Below, one piece after another: positions 18,688-27,893 of a stretch of 64,000 nucleotides of DNA. The notes under the pieces were generated by a model. The model had not been told where the DNA came from and ran no database searches. It saw only the letters and a program-made list of their open reading frames with translations. Location of the stretch: contig JACPND010000033.1 of the NCBI GenBank assembly GCA_016185625.1, positions 1,496 through 65,495 of the forward strand, read 5' to 3'. Origin of the DNA: Candidatus Woesearchaeota archaeon (GTDB lineage: Archaea > Nanobdellota > Nanobdellia > Woesearchaeales > GW2011-AR9). Every line of letters begins with the position of its first letter. Positions within the stretch are counted from its first letter, which is position 1. A program made the position numbers and the translations under genes.

Positions 18688-19446
18688 TCAATACACCTTC
18701 ATGACTTTCCGCAAGGCCACACTAAAGATAATTGATAGAAAGATGTATATTCCCAGCCATCCCGGCTGCCAGCCGAAAATGTCAAACTCTCCCAACGGCC
18801 GTAGTTTGTTGTAATTAATCTTGAGGGAAGTTATGTCCGAATGCTTGTACGCCTCTAGGGGCAATTCATAACTTAAACTTCGGGTAATCAGCACTTTTTT
18901 GCTCTGTTCAATGTTGGCTGTTTTTACGGTGATGGTGTGCTCTCCTTCCGAACTTTTCAGGTTCCACGTCGCCTCGCTATTTATGTTCTGTGTTACCGGA
19001 CTCATCAATTCCGTTCCTTCGTCCGCCACCAGTTCGGCATCACCCGTCAACCCTTTGGCAAACGTCGCGGTGACGCTGTAGGTCTCTCCCGGATAAATCG
19101 GCTCATACGCCAGATGCCCGTTCATCCAGCCAAAAATAAGGATTATCGGCAGGAAAGTGATGAGTGTCGGCTTGAACGAATGCTTCATGTACTCAAAATT
19201 TTTCTTCATGGCTTCTTTCTGGATTTTCATCATCTCGCTAGGATTATCTTTAAGTTCTTTCATGCGCTGCTGATACTCCTTCTGCTCGTCTTTTAGCTGC
19301 TTCATCAATATCTGATTGGTGAAATATTTATAGGCCAGCACGATGATCAATGAAATAAGGAAGGAGACGATAACCGTCCCCCAGAACGGATTCCATTCTA
19401 GCACGGGCAAGAGTACGGGGTTAAAGACCGAATCTAAAAAGGCCAT
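18688..19446 (-). CDS. DUF106-family membrane protein (archaeal YidC/Oxa1-like insertase) with extra extracytoplasmic domain
   Basis: TM-coiled-coil (KQLKDEQKEYQQRMKELKDNPSEMMKIQKEAMKKNFEYMK)-TM architecture typical of DUF106; canonical position downstream of secY/adk. Confidence 0.65.
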   Translation of the reverse strand: MAFLDSVFNPVLLPVLEWNPFWGTVIVSFLISLIIVLAYKYFTNQILMKQLKDEQKEYQQRMKELKDNPSEMMKIQKEAMKKNFEYMKHSFKPTLITFLPIILIFGWMNGHLAYEPIYPGETYSVTATFAKGLTGDAELVADEGTELMSPVTQNINSEATWNLKSSEGEHTITVKTANIEQSKKVLITRSLSYELPLEAYKHSDITSLKINYNKLRPLGEFDIFGWQPGWLGIYIFLSIIFSVALRKVMKVY

Positions 19447-19486
19447 ATTTGAATGTTTTTTTACGAGGATTTAAAAACGTTGTGGA

Positions 19487-20644
19487 TTAAAGTAGAATAT
19501 TCGTAGCGCAACGTGGACCAAAACCTTCATCTAAGAGTGCTCGTGCTTTTACTGTAAGAATTGAACTGTTAATTATTCGTTCCATGCTCTCTCTTGTTTT
19601 TGACGCGTCCTCTGTCATCAAAATTCTGTGGTCGGGCAGTACCAAAAAATTTGCGGGACAAGCGTTGGTTTCTTCTTTTGGGATTTTAACTAAAGTAATG
19701 CCGTATCTCTTTTCTATTGTCTTAAAAATTTCCCTATTAGCATGGTAAAAAGCAGGGTCTACAACTGCCATAGTTTCATTGGCAGATAGATTTAAACCGC
19801 CGACATGATAATCGATGTGCCCGAGAGTATCATTCAAATCTTCTGCCCAAGAAAAACCTTTAAGGAGTGGATTTGATCCACGGTAGCGTACTGTTCTTTC
19901 TTGTCCGATTGGCGATACAAAATAAACAGGGGTGCCATCCCATTCAAAATCGTTTGTTTTTAATCCCAGTCTTTCTTGAAGTTTGGTTGAAGCAAGAATG
20001 AATTGACCAAAATCTACCCAACAGCCTCCCTCTCCCCAGGGACTGGAATAAATACTTTTCCCGGCAAGATAATCCTCACCATGGTTGAGAAATTGTACAA
20101 AAAAGTTTGGTAGAAACCATGGCCCATCTGTTCGTAATTGTTCTAAAATCTTCTGTTTTAATGGTTCGGATGTACCTGGTTTGTAGGCGGCATCGAGAAC
20201 AAAAGATCGACCTTTGAATGGCCCAGAGTGAAAATAGAGAGAATTCTGATGGACAGAGAAGTCGTCTCTCGGGCTCCAGCTTCTTCCAAATCCTCCTTGG
20301 GGGTAATGAGATATATAAAAAAACGGAATCTCTTCTTCGGAGCATATCTCGTACATCTCCCAAGTACAATTACGAAACTTGTTTGTTCCTTCTGATTTGA
20401 GAATTGCATCTAGAGAATCAGTAGTTTCCTCATAAAGTCCAACCCTTACGTAGTATCCCTCGGTTTTTAGTTTTCGAGCAATCTTTAGAATTTCTGCGTT
20501 ATTTTGACCACACCACCTAACTACGCCATAGTCTAGATAAACATCACTAAAAGATGGCAGAAACACTATTGGTCGTCTATAAAAGCCAGAAACGGTCGTA
20601 TCAGTGGTATACTCACTTGGTCCATTGGCCTTGATCTGATTCAT
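19487..20644 (-). CDS. agmatine deiminase / Porphyromonas-type peptidylarginine deiminase-like protein (guanidino-group-modifying enzyme fold)
   Basis: C-terminal half has GHIDYHVGG, NFLVLPDHRIL and GFGPRCATNIL (C-terminal catalytic-Cys block), resembling AguA TNGHVDD / NFLI / GGGNIHCITQQ. Confidence 0.4.
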   Translation of the reverse strand: MNQIKANGPSEYTTDTTVSGFYRRPIVFLPSFSDVYLDYGVVRWCGQNNAEILKIARKLKTEGYYVRVGLYEETTDSLDAILKSEGTNKFRNCTWEMYEICSEEEIPFFYISHYPQGGFGRSWSPRDDFSVHQNSLYFHSGPFKGRSFVLDAAYKPGTSEPLKQKILEQLRTDGPWFLPNFFVQFLNHGEDYLAGKSIYSSPWGEGGCWVDFGQFILASTKLQERLGLKTNDFEWDGTPVYFVSPIGQERTVRYRGSNPLLKGFSWAEDLNDTLGHIDYHVGGLNLSANETMAVVDPAFYHANREIFKTIEKRYGITLVKIPKEETNACPANFLVLPDHRILMTEDASKTRESMERIINSSILTVKARALLDEGFGPRCATNILL

Positions 20645-20706
20645 GAAATACGTATTTAGTGCCTTATTTATAAATATTTTGTTATGTTACTATCCTTAAG
20701 AAGTAC

Positions 20707-22095
20707 CTATTCCATAAACTTCTTCATCGCCGGATGCATGTCCATCATGTGCTGCTTGGCAATCTCTTCATACAATTTGTAGACAATCATGACCGCCAAT
20801 AAAATGCCCGTTCCCTGAGAGAGGGCGCCAGACAGATCCGCTACCGCAGCAAGCAGTCCAATCGATGCTCCGCCGACAATGGTGAGGGGCCAGATGTACC
20901 GCTTTAAGATATGTTCTAATACCCGTTCATCTCTTCGGAAGCCGGGAATCTGCAGCCCACTATTTAAAATCTGTTTCGCCTGCGAGCGGGCGTCCATATT
21001 TGCGGTCTGCACCCAAAAGATGCTGAAGACGACAGCTCCGGCCATCATCAGTATAATGTAGGCTGCTGCTTGTCCCAGCTGCGACAGGCTAAAGCTTCCC
21101 TTAATGATATTCTGCACTAAATCAGGCGGATTGATCCAGTACACTAAGCCGCTGATGGGCGCATTCCCCGAGAACGTTCCAAAGAGCGGATAGCCCCAGC
21201 TTTCTAACAATCGCCCAAACAGCTGTATATTCGCCAGCAAGGCTGCGACTAAAATGACCGGAATGTTTGACGTATAAAAAAAGTTCAGCGGCCAGCGGAT
21301 GCCGTATCCCCGAACTCTGCCAAAAGAGAGAGGGATTTCTACTTTCATCGCCTGCCCGAACACGCAGACCGCAAATACTGCTAGGGTCGCAATCACAGCA
21401 GCTAACTGCAAGCCGGCGGTGGTCAAGTCGCCGACAGCTAAAGATTGAAATAACGCCGGTATGGCGCCAGAGGCAATTTCCGGATTCGTGGGAGAGGGTA
21501 AAAAATTAAACGCCCGAATGAAGATCTGCTGGGCTACGCCGGCGGCAATAAACAGCGAAATACCCGAGCCAAAGCCCCATTTTGAAACCACTTCATCCAT
21601 GAACATGATTAATAATCCACCGAGAATCAGCTGAAAGATTAACACCAGCTCTAATTCGAAAAACGCCGGAGTGCCCGCCAGCTGCGACGAGGGAGCCAGT
21701 CCGCCCATCAGGACATAGACCGCAGCTTCAAAGATGATAAAAAAGACCGAGAGTAATTTCTGCACTCCCTGAAATTTTTTCCTTCCTTCCGGTGTTGCGG
21801 TATCAAACTTGACCATCCCCGTTCCCACCAACAATTGCAGGACGATGGACGAGGTTACCAAAGGCCCTATCCCTAAGCTGATGATGGAACCAAATGATGC
21901 TCCTAAAATGATGGATAAAAATTCAAATTGCTGCAGGGCGTTTTCCCCCAGACCAAACAAAGGCACCAATCCCAACACGAAAAAAAGCACCAACGTGATC
22001 AGCGTCCATTTCAACTTTTCCTTGAAAGGCAGCTTTTTCTGCTGCGGGCCCCGTACTTCCGGGAAATGACCAATGAGATTGTCGAGAAAGGACAT
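20707..22095 (-). CDS. secY: preprotein translocase subunit SecY
   Basis: 10-TM SecY/Sec61alpha with conserved plug and TM blocks. Confidence 0.95.
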   Translation of the reverse strand: MSFLDNLIGHFPEVRGPQQKKLPFKEKLKWTLITLVLFFVLGLVPLFGLGENALQQFEFLSIILGASFGSIISLGIGPLVTSSIVLQLLVGTGMVKFDTATPEGRKKFQGVQKLLSVFFIIFEAAVYVLMGGLAPSSQLAGTPAFFELELVLIFQLILGGLLIMFMDEVVSKWGFGSGISLFIAAGVAQQIFIRAFNFLPSPTNPEIASGAIPALFQSLAVGDLTTAGLQLAAVIATLAVFAVCVFGQAMKVEIPLSFGRVRGYGIRWPLNFFYTSNIPVILVAALLANIQLFGRLLESWGYPLFGTFSGNAPISGLVYWINPPDLVQNIIKGSFSLSQLGQAAAYIILMMAGAVVFSIFWVQTANMDARSQAKQILNSGLQIPGFRRDERVLEHILKRYIWPLTIVGGASIGLLAAVADLSGALSQGTGILLAVMIVYKLYEEIAKQHMMDMHPAMKKFME

Positions 22096-22137
22096 GATCA
22101 GGCAATAATGACCTCACATTTATGTGATTTGTGCAAC

Positions 22138-22572
22138 TTATGCAATAACGACTTCACCGCCAGCCTCTTCCAATTTTTGCTTGGCCTTTTCACTACAATA
22201 CTGACAACTGATTTTCCATCTGCCCGGTGTTCCTGAACCCAGTAGTTTCTGATAGCCCAAGGTTGCCAGGTCAATAACCACTCGGTCTTCCTCTTTGGCA
22301 ATCTTCTTCTCTGCGAGCAACTGGGTAATCTTTTTGGGAGTAAAATAATCAAAATTGATGCTTTCTATTCTTGCTGTCACCGATTTGCTGGTGAATCCAT
22401 GCCGTCCCAGCTGCAAGGGCATGCCGGCTTTCTTCTGTCCGGCTCTCTTCCCTGTTCCAGCATTACCTCGTCCGCCACGGCTACCAGCGCCCCTCCGCTT
22501 TTTCCGGGCGCCATGGCCGTGATTACTTCGGCCGCGGTATCGTCCTGATTTCTTTCGTTTGTTGACCACCAT
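22138..22572 (-). CDS. rpl15: ribosomal protein L15 (uL15)
   Basis: Gly/Arg-rich N-terminus GRSNHGHGARKKRRGAGSRGGRGNAG typical uL15. Confidence 0.9.
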   Translation of the reverse strand: MVVNKRKKSGRYRGRSNHGHGARKKRRGAGSRGGRGNAGTGKRAGQKKAGMPLQLGRHGFTSKSVTARIESINFDYFTPKKITQLLAEKKIAKEEDRVVIDLATLGYQKLLGSGTPGRWKISCQYCSEKAKQKLEEAGGEVVIA

Positions 22573-22573
22573 G

Positions 22574-23194
22574 TTAATTCACTCCTCCAAACAGTGGAGA
22601 CAGCTTAGTCAGAAAAAGAGGAGCCAGCAGGAACCACACGATAGTAATTATAATCAATGAAATAATTGTAGGGATGACATACATTAAAATAGCTTTGGTT
22701 CTGCTAATGCTGTGAACCTTTTCTGTTCCGAGTACCAGCAATATAAACGACCAGATCCAAGCTGCAAAGCTAACCAAAGGAATCCATCCTAAGATAAGGG
22801 TAGGGGTTCTGGCATATACCACTAATTCAAAAGTCTTGGCATACTTGTTTTTTCCCCTGAATATGAGAATCCATGCGTGAACTATTCCTGCCATGGCAAA
22901 AATAAGACCCAATCCTAGGATGTAGGTCCAGATAGAGTTAAAAAAAACTTTACTCACACTAAATTTTGTCATTGCGGCCGAAATTATCGGACCAAAAACA
23001 GGCATTGCCAACAAAGAAGGTGCAATCAGAAAAAAAAGAATCAAGCTGATGATAGCAGACATTACTGTCGCAAAAAGAGAAAGTGCTGCGAAATAACCAA
23101 AAGCGAAATCAAGATGATTATCACCTTTCCCGACGCGTTCAAAGAAAGAAGCTGGTTCCGTAAGTACTTTCTGTATGACTTTGAAGATATTCAT
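22574..23194 (-). CDS. Yip1-like multi-pass membrane protein inserted in r-protein operon
   Basis: 5 TM helices, Yip1-domain-like topology; no r-protein homology. Confidence 0.45.
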   Translation of the reverse strand: MNIFKVIQKVLTEPASFFERVGKGDNHLDFAFGYFAALSLFATVMSAIISLILFFLIAPSLLAMPVFGPIISAAMTKFSVSKVFFNSIWTYILGLGLIFAMAGIVHAWILIFRGKNKYAKTFELVVYARTPTLILGWIPLVSFAAWIWSFILLVLGTEKVHSISRTKAILMYVIPTIISLIIITIVWFLLAPLFLTKLSPLFGGVN

Positions 23195-23195
23195 G

Positions 23196-23618
23196 TTACA
23201 GCATCCTCTTGATTAGATCATCCATCTTCTCCTTCCGATATCCCAAGGCGCCGCCGGCAACAAAAGCCATCTTAATCCCCTTGCGGCCAAATCCTTTGCG
23301 AGGTGGATTTAATCTGAAATAGGGCTTATATTTCTTACCTTTATGTTCCAGTACAGCATATGAATATTTTTTCTTGGCATCCGTTGTTCTTGACAAAAAC
23401 GGTTCTCCCCGGACTTTCACCAGCTCTTCAAACATCTCCTCGGAAATTTCTCCCCAGGTAACCATATCTTTTACTTTTTGAATCATCCCACGATAGGCTG
23501 GCGTATCAGGCACTATCACGCAGAAATTTTTCCGCCCAAGACGCAGTGTATGCAGCGTATCCTTGACTGGCTGCGTCAGGCCGACTGCTCCACGCACTAA
23601 AACTATCGCGAGTTTCAT
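23196..23618 (-). CDS. rpl30: ribosomal protein L30 (uL30)
   Basis: MKLAIVLVRGAVGLTQPVKDTLHTLRLGRKNFCVIV. Confidence 0.9.
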   Translation of the reverse strand: MKLAIVLVRGAVGLTQPVKDTLHTLRLGRKNFCVIVPDTPAYRGMIQKVKDMVTWGEISEEMFEELVKVRGEPFLSRTTDAKKKYSYAVLEHKGKKYKPYFRLNPPRKGFGRKGIKMAFVAGGALGYRKEKMDDLIKRML

Positions 23619-24373
23619 AAAGTGATCCTTCCTTCCACGATGCCCAGCCGATCAATGTCATCGAGCTTGATTTTTACACGAGAAAGCTGTTTCAACGCAT
23701 CCATTAAAGCCATGATAAGATTCAATTTTGTTCCGGTCTGTCCATCCGTTTTGCTCCAGACATCTTTGATGCCCGCTAAAGCCAGAATCTTGGCGCATTC
23801 TTTCTCGACACACAACCCCTTCCCTTTCGGTGCTGGAATCAGTTCCACCTCTGTCGAGCCGCATTTCCCTCTCACGGCAAAAGGAATGGAATGCGGTTGC
23901 TTGCAGCTGCATTGCCAGCTGCCGCATCCCCGTTTGATGCGAATAAGATGGACGCGGGCATTTCGCCGGGATTTGTCACGTGAGGGCACTGTTTCCTTGC
24001 TTTTGCCCGTGGCCAGACCAACATATCCGTTTTTATTGCCTACGACACAGCAGGTCATGAATTTGATTTTATTCCCTTCTTCCGTCTTTTTCTGCGTCTG
24101 CCTGAAGATCCGGCGCTGACCGCCTCCAAATTTTCCCTTGGCTTGCCCAATCAGCAATAGATCCTCCTGTAAATCAGGAACCAACGCCGTGGTAATTTCC
24201 TGTTCCATGATGCGCTCGTGGCGGTTGAAAATATCATCAATATCCTTAATCGTGCCATCCTTCACCAGCAGGCCTAGTCTCGTCCGTGGTTTCCAGAGTG
24301 TCTGGACTTCCGGAGCTTCCTCTATGGTTTCAAGGATGGGCTTGGGTACTTCAATTTCTTCTGTGTTTACCAT
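23615..24373 (-). CDS. rps5: ribosomal protein S5 (uS5)
   Basis: dsRBD-like plus S5 C-terminal domain; GKFGGGQRR...CCVVGNKNGYVGLATGKSKE. Confidence 0.9.
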   Translation of the reverse strand: MVNTEEIEVPKPILETIEEAPEVQTLWKPRTRLGLLVKDGTIKDIDDIFNRHERIMEQEITTALVPDLQEDLLLIGQAKGKFGGGQRRIFRQTQKKTEEGNKIKFMTCCVVGNKNGYVGLATGKSKETVPSRDKSRRNARVHLIRIKRGCGSWQCSCKQPHSIPFAVRGKCGSTEVELIPAPKGKGLCVEKECAKILALAGIKDVWSKTDGQTGTKLNLIMALMDALKQLSRVKIKLDDIDRLGIVEGRITL

Positions 24374-24452
24374 GGTATTTTTTCTCTGTTTACTTTGTTG
24401 GGTCTTTGGTTGATTTTTTGTTATTTTTTTTAATTTTTTTGTGGATTTTTTA

Positions 24453-25001
24453 TCAAATCTTTTTCTTTACATGCTCAAAGGCCTCGCTGATTTTTGCTGG
24501 TTCTATTTTGTTTTTTAAATATTGCGCAAATTGATGGCCTTTGGGGATTGCCATGCTGATATGCTTCCCACTGATCCTTTCTGCTGAGGGAAGCACTTCT
24601 TTGGCATGAGGAACATGCAGACCGGCATCCACGACGCCTTTGAGGAAGGCAAAAATGCGGCCTCCGTGGATCGGCGAGCGCAACCCGGTGTCCAACGCCG
24701 CTTCCTGTACGCCGGCTTTCAGCGCTTTTTTGCCTAATAATAATCCGGTGAGATAGGTTGCAGGCATATTTTTAAGGGAATAGTTCCAGCCTAATTTTAC
24801 GAGAGCGACGGAATCTGCCGCTGCGAGGACTTTGTCTCCTTGGGGCTGAAATTGAATCACTTGTCCGATGACTTTCCGTCCGGTAAGGCGCACCACCACC
24901 CGTGGTTTCTGTGAGAGCAACAAACGTAATCGTTGGTGATAGTTTGTCTTCTGCTCACGTCGACGCCGATACGGGACTGGTTTGATATTGGCAGGTTTCA
25001 T
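24453..25001 (-). CDS. rpl18: ribosomal protein L18 (uL18/L5e)
   Basis: YRRRREQKTNYHQRLRLLLSQKPRVVVRLTGRKVIGQV. Confidence 0.9.
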   Translation of the reverse strand: MKPANIKPVPYRRRREQKTNYHQRLRLLLSQKPRVVVRLTGRKVIGQVIQFQPQGDKVLAAADSVALVKLGWNYSLKNMPATYLTGLLLGKKALKAGVQEAALDTGLRSPIHGGRIFAFLKGVVDAGLHVPHAKEVLPSAERISGKHISMAIPKGHQFAQYLKNKIEPAKISEAFEHVKKKI

Positions 25002-25035
25002 GGTTTTATTTTTTGATGTTTTATCTTTTGAGATC

Positions 25036-25479
25036 TTATTTTTTTATTAGATTATGCTCCGTGAGCCAGAGCTTGATATGTCTTTTGTTCCTGAAAAATC
25101 CGCCTTTGCTTTTGAGGTACAGGTCCTGGTAATCGTGGGGCGTCAGGAGTTTTTTGTCGCGCAGCTCCTGCAGAAAGATCCGCTGCACGCGAATCCTGTT
25201 GATCCATTGTCTTTTTCTGGTCACGATCGCAAAGCGGGTGCCTTTCTTGCTTCCTTTCCCGCGCTGCCGCCCTTTACGCTTCTGTACCATTTTCACTCGC
25301 GCTGGTCCCCGGGAATGAAAAGGAGTGCGCTCAGCGGTAATTTTATGGATGGCAATCAAACCGCGGATATCGGCCCGCGTAATGGCTTTGCGGATATCTT
25401 CCAGGGCTTCTGGAGCGAATCTTACTTTATGGGGAGAGATGTTCAATATTTTTCCTGCAAGTATTTTTTTGGCGTCCAT
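25036..25479 (-). CDS. rpl19e: ribosomal protein L19e
   Basis: MDAKKILAGKILNISPHKVRF...typical eL19. Confidence 0.9.
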   Translation of the reverse strand: MDAKKILAGKILNISPHKVRFAPEALEDIRKAITRADIRGLIAIHKITAERTPFHSRGPARVKMVQKRKGRQRGKGSKKGTRFAIVTRKRQWINRIRVQRIFLQELRDKKLLTPHDYQDLYLKSKGGFFRNKRHIKLWLTEHNLIKK

Positions 25480-26114
25480 TATTGTCTCTTGATCAAGGTT
25501 TTTTCTGCCAGTTCACGCTGTTCTTTTTTGAATTCGTCTTGTTCTTTTTTCAGGTCCTCTGCGGATTTTTCTTCCGGCAAGTCTTTCTTGGCCTTTTTCT
25601 CTTGCGCTTTTTTATCTTCCGCTTTTTTCTTCCGCTCTTCCTGTTTCTGTTCCTTGGATTTCGCGCGTTCGGCTTGTTTTTTCTTGCGCTCTTGCAGCGA
25701 AGCGGCGATGTTTTCCAGTTCTTGCTGCGGATTTTTGAGAGATAGTATCGTCATTTTTTTCGCCAAGGCTTTTTGGATCAATTGCAGCCGCTTTTTGGCG
25801 CCGACGGTGGAGCCGATGATTACGCCCTGTTTTTGCGCGTCAACGGCATCTAATTGTGAAACCGCATGAATAAGCACTGGTTCCAGACCAGAAGGGTGCA
25901 GCCCATAGGCTTCCCGCGGCGAGCCGTAACCCGGGCGGGGTATGGCCGGCCTTCCTTTATGCCGCTGGCGGACCGCAGAATGCCGCCCCTGCGGATAACG
26001 CCACTTGGTTTCGACGCGCTTGCTGAAATGACTTTCCCGGATAACAAAAGCTGGCATCCGCCGTTTGGCTGCTTTTCGAACAGTGAGAGCTGCGGGAGCT
26101 GATGTCGTTTTCAT
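25479..26114 (-). CDS. rpl32e: ribosomal protein L32e with ~80-aa K/E-rich C-terminal extension
   Basis: WRYPQGRHSAVRQRHKGRPAIPRPGYGSPREAYGLHPSGLEPVLIH core; tail KKKQAERAKSKEQKQEERKKKAEDKKAQEKKAKK... Confidence 0.85.
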   Translation of the reverse strand: MKTTSAPAALTVRKAAKRRMPAFVIRESHFSKRVETKWRYPQGRHSAVRQRHKGRPAIPRPGYGSPREAYGLHPSGLEPVLIHAVSQLDAVDAQKQGVIIGSTVGAKKRLQLIQKALAKKMTILSLKNPQQELENIAASLQERKKKQAERAKSKEQKQEERKKKAEDKKAQEKKAKKDLPEEKSAEDLKKEQDEFKKEQRELAEKTLIKRQ

Positions 26115-26665
26115 GCTGAGACCGCCTTACTCGATTTGCTGGTGATATATATTCCATCCTGAAAAATGCGGATATCACGATTGGTGATGCGGCAGAGCAG
26201 TTCAATTTTGGCAGCGGCCTGTCCGGCAATTTCAATATCGGGGCTGGACACAGTCACTTCTGTACCATCAACTTTAACTGTTACACCTGCAGGCAGCGCC
26301 ATCTTTCTAGGCTTGTGCTCCCCCAGGAAATTCTTGACTATTAATTCCTGTCCCGCCACCGCAACGGTCATGGGGAAATGCCCAGAGCAGATTTTGAGCT
26401 TATAGAGATGAGGCTCTTGCACGCCCTGAATCAGGTTAAGTATGTGTGCGCGATAGCAATGTAAGATAGTTTTTTCTCTTCTGGTGTTGCGTCGAGATTC
26501 TAATTCCATCTTGTTTCCCTGCATGCTGACAGTCATAGTGATTCGCGGGTCGTGGAAGTCGCGTTTGGTTTCTCCTTTCGGGCCTTTGACCGTCAACAGC
26601 GTTCCTTCTAATTTCGCGGAAACACCCGGAGGCAATACCAATTCCCGAACCATTTTTTCAGTCAT
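26111..26665 (-). CDS. rpl6: ribosomal protein L6 (uL6)
   Basis: Two uL6 alpha/beta repeats. Confidence 0.9.
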   Translation of the reverse strand: MTEKMVRELVLPPGVSAKLEGTLLTVKGPKGETKRDFHDPRITMTVSMQGNKMELESRRNTRREKTILHCYRAHILNLIQGVQEPHLYKLKICSGHFPMTVAVAGQELIVKNFLGEHKPRKMALPAGVTVKVDGTEVTVSSPDIEIAGQAAAKIELLCRITNRDIRIFQDGIYITSKSSKAVSA

Positions 26666-26696
26666 GTGTAATCATCTGCAATGCCTTTAGTAACCT

Positions 26697-27095
26697 TTAA
26701 TAACAATAGGCAATCAAACGTCCTCCTACATTTTTTTCTTTGGCTTGCGCATGCGTCATCAGGCCAAGAGGCGTGGAGACGATGATGATGCCAAATCCTT
26801 TTGCCGGCAAATACCGCTTCTCCCATTTCTCAAACTGATGCTTTTTGCTGGAGAAGCGCGGCTTGATAGCGCCAAGGTTATTGATATTTCCCAATAAATT
26901 AATTTTCAACAGGCCTCCCTGTTCGTTGGCGGCTTCTTCAAAGGCTCCGAGATAGCGCTGCTCGTTCAGAATCGTAAGCACATACTTCACCATCTTTGAA
27001 GCAGGAGCTATGCTCGTCTCTTTCTTGCCAACGCGTTCTGCGTTGTTGATTTTTGCCAATGCTGATGCTAATGAGTCGTTTAACATGGTAATCAT
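26697..27095 (-). CDS. rps8: ribosomal protein S8 (uS8)
   Basis: MLNDSLASALAKINNAE...GFGIIIVSTPLGLMTHAQAKEKNVGGRLIAYCY; true start is internal to the 165-aa ORF, directly after the S14 stop. Confidence 0.85.
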   Translation of the reverse strand: MITMLNDSLASALAKINNAERVGKKETSIAPASKMVKYVLTILNEQRYLGAFEEAANEQGGLLKINLLGNINNLGAIKPRFSSKKHQFEKWEKRYLPAKGFGIIIVSTPLGLMTHAQAKEKNVGGRLIAYCY

Positions 27096-27322
27096 CCAAA
27101 TTTTTTGAAGCCTAAGCCCACGGACATTTCCCGGAAGCAATGGCGGCAGAGATGCAGACCGTATTTTGCGATATGCGCACCCAATCGTCCGCAATTCTTG
27201 CAGTGGCGGAGGGCGATGCCGCAGGATTTTTTTCGGGGAGAGTTGAACTTCTCGTACTTGGCTTTCTTTACGGGCTTGGCATTCAATTGCTTAAACACCT
27301 TCCGATAGTCACTGGTGGTCAT
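27092..27322 (-). CDS. rps14: ribosomal protein S14 (uS14, Zn type)
   Basis: CKNCGRLGAHIAKYGLHLCRHCFRE zinc-ribbon. Confidence 0.9.
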   Translation of the reverse strand: MTTSDYRKVFKQLNAKPVKKAKYEKFNSPRKKSCGIALRHCKNCGRLGAHIAKYGLHLCRHCFREMSVGLGFKKFG

Positions 27323-27323
27323 C

Positions 27324-27848
27324 TTATTTTTCTACCCCCCCTATTTTCACTCCCAGTTTTTCCTGTGCGAAGGCGATGGCATCTTCCGCTGAAATGCGAT
27401 GAAGCTTTCCCACGGCATGCGGGTGTATTTTTCTCAGTTTTACCCGGTAGCCTGCGCGCTGGAGCGTAACGGCCACTTCCATCCCCATGATTTTAAGTTC
27501 CGGATCATATTCCAGTCCTTCTACGTCAATGTACTCAGGAACGCCAAAGCTAAAATTTCCATTCTGATCAAAGGAGCGGGCAGGAAGGGCGTACTCGCGT
27601 GCCGCCAATAGACGCTTCAGCAACGGCTCGGCATCTCTTCGTATGGTGACCGTGCAGCCCACCACTAATCCCGGACGCAGGCCCCAGTTGGGAATCCTCC
27701 GTTTGGTAAAGGTCTTGAGGGGAGTGAGCGGCGTCAGTTTTTGCAACAGCTTCAATCCCCGCTTTACCTTTTCATCATCTTTTGAGGTACCTATATTTAA
27801 TGTGATTTTTCCGATCCTGATTCCGCGCATAAGATTTGTTTTTTTCAT
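27324..27848 (-). CDS. rpl5: ribosomal protein L5 (uL5)
   Basis: uL5 fold, IRIGKITLNIGTSKDDEKVKRGLKLLQKLT. Confidence 0.9.
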   Translation of the reverse strand: MKKTNLMRGIRIGKITLNIGTSKDDEKVKRGLKLLQKLTPLTPLKTFTKRRIPNWGLRPGLVVGCTVTIRRDAEPLLKRLLAAREYALPARSFDQNGNFSFGVPEYIDVEGLEYDPELKIMGMEVAVTLQRAGYRVKLRKIHPHAVGKLHRISAEDAIAFAQEKLGVKIGGVEK

Positions 27849-27893
27849 GTTATTTTTATTTCATTATTCTTTTTATCTCATTTATTCTCCGAA

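Noticed and set aside
25054-25869. 271-aa plus-strand ORF
   Set aside because: Lies antisense to rpl19e/rpl32e. It is F/S/L/C low-complexity, the mirror image of the K/E-rich r-protein tail. Spurious.
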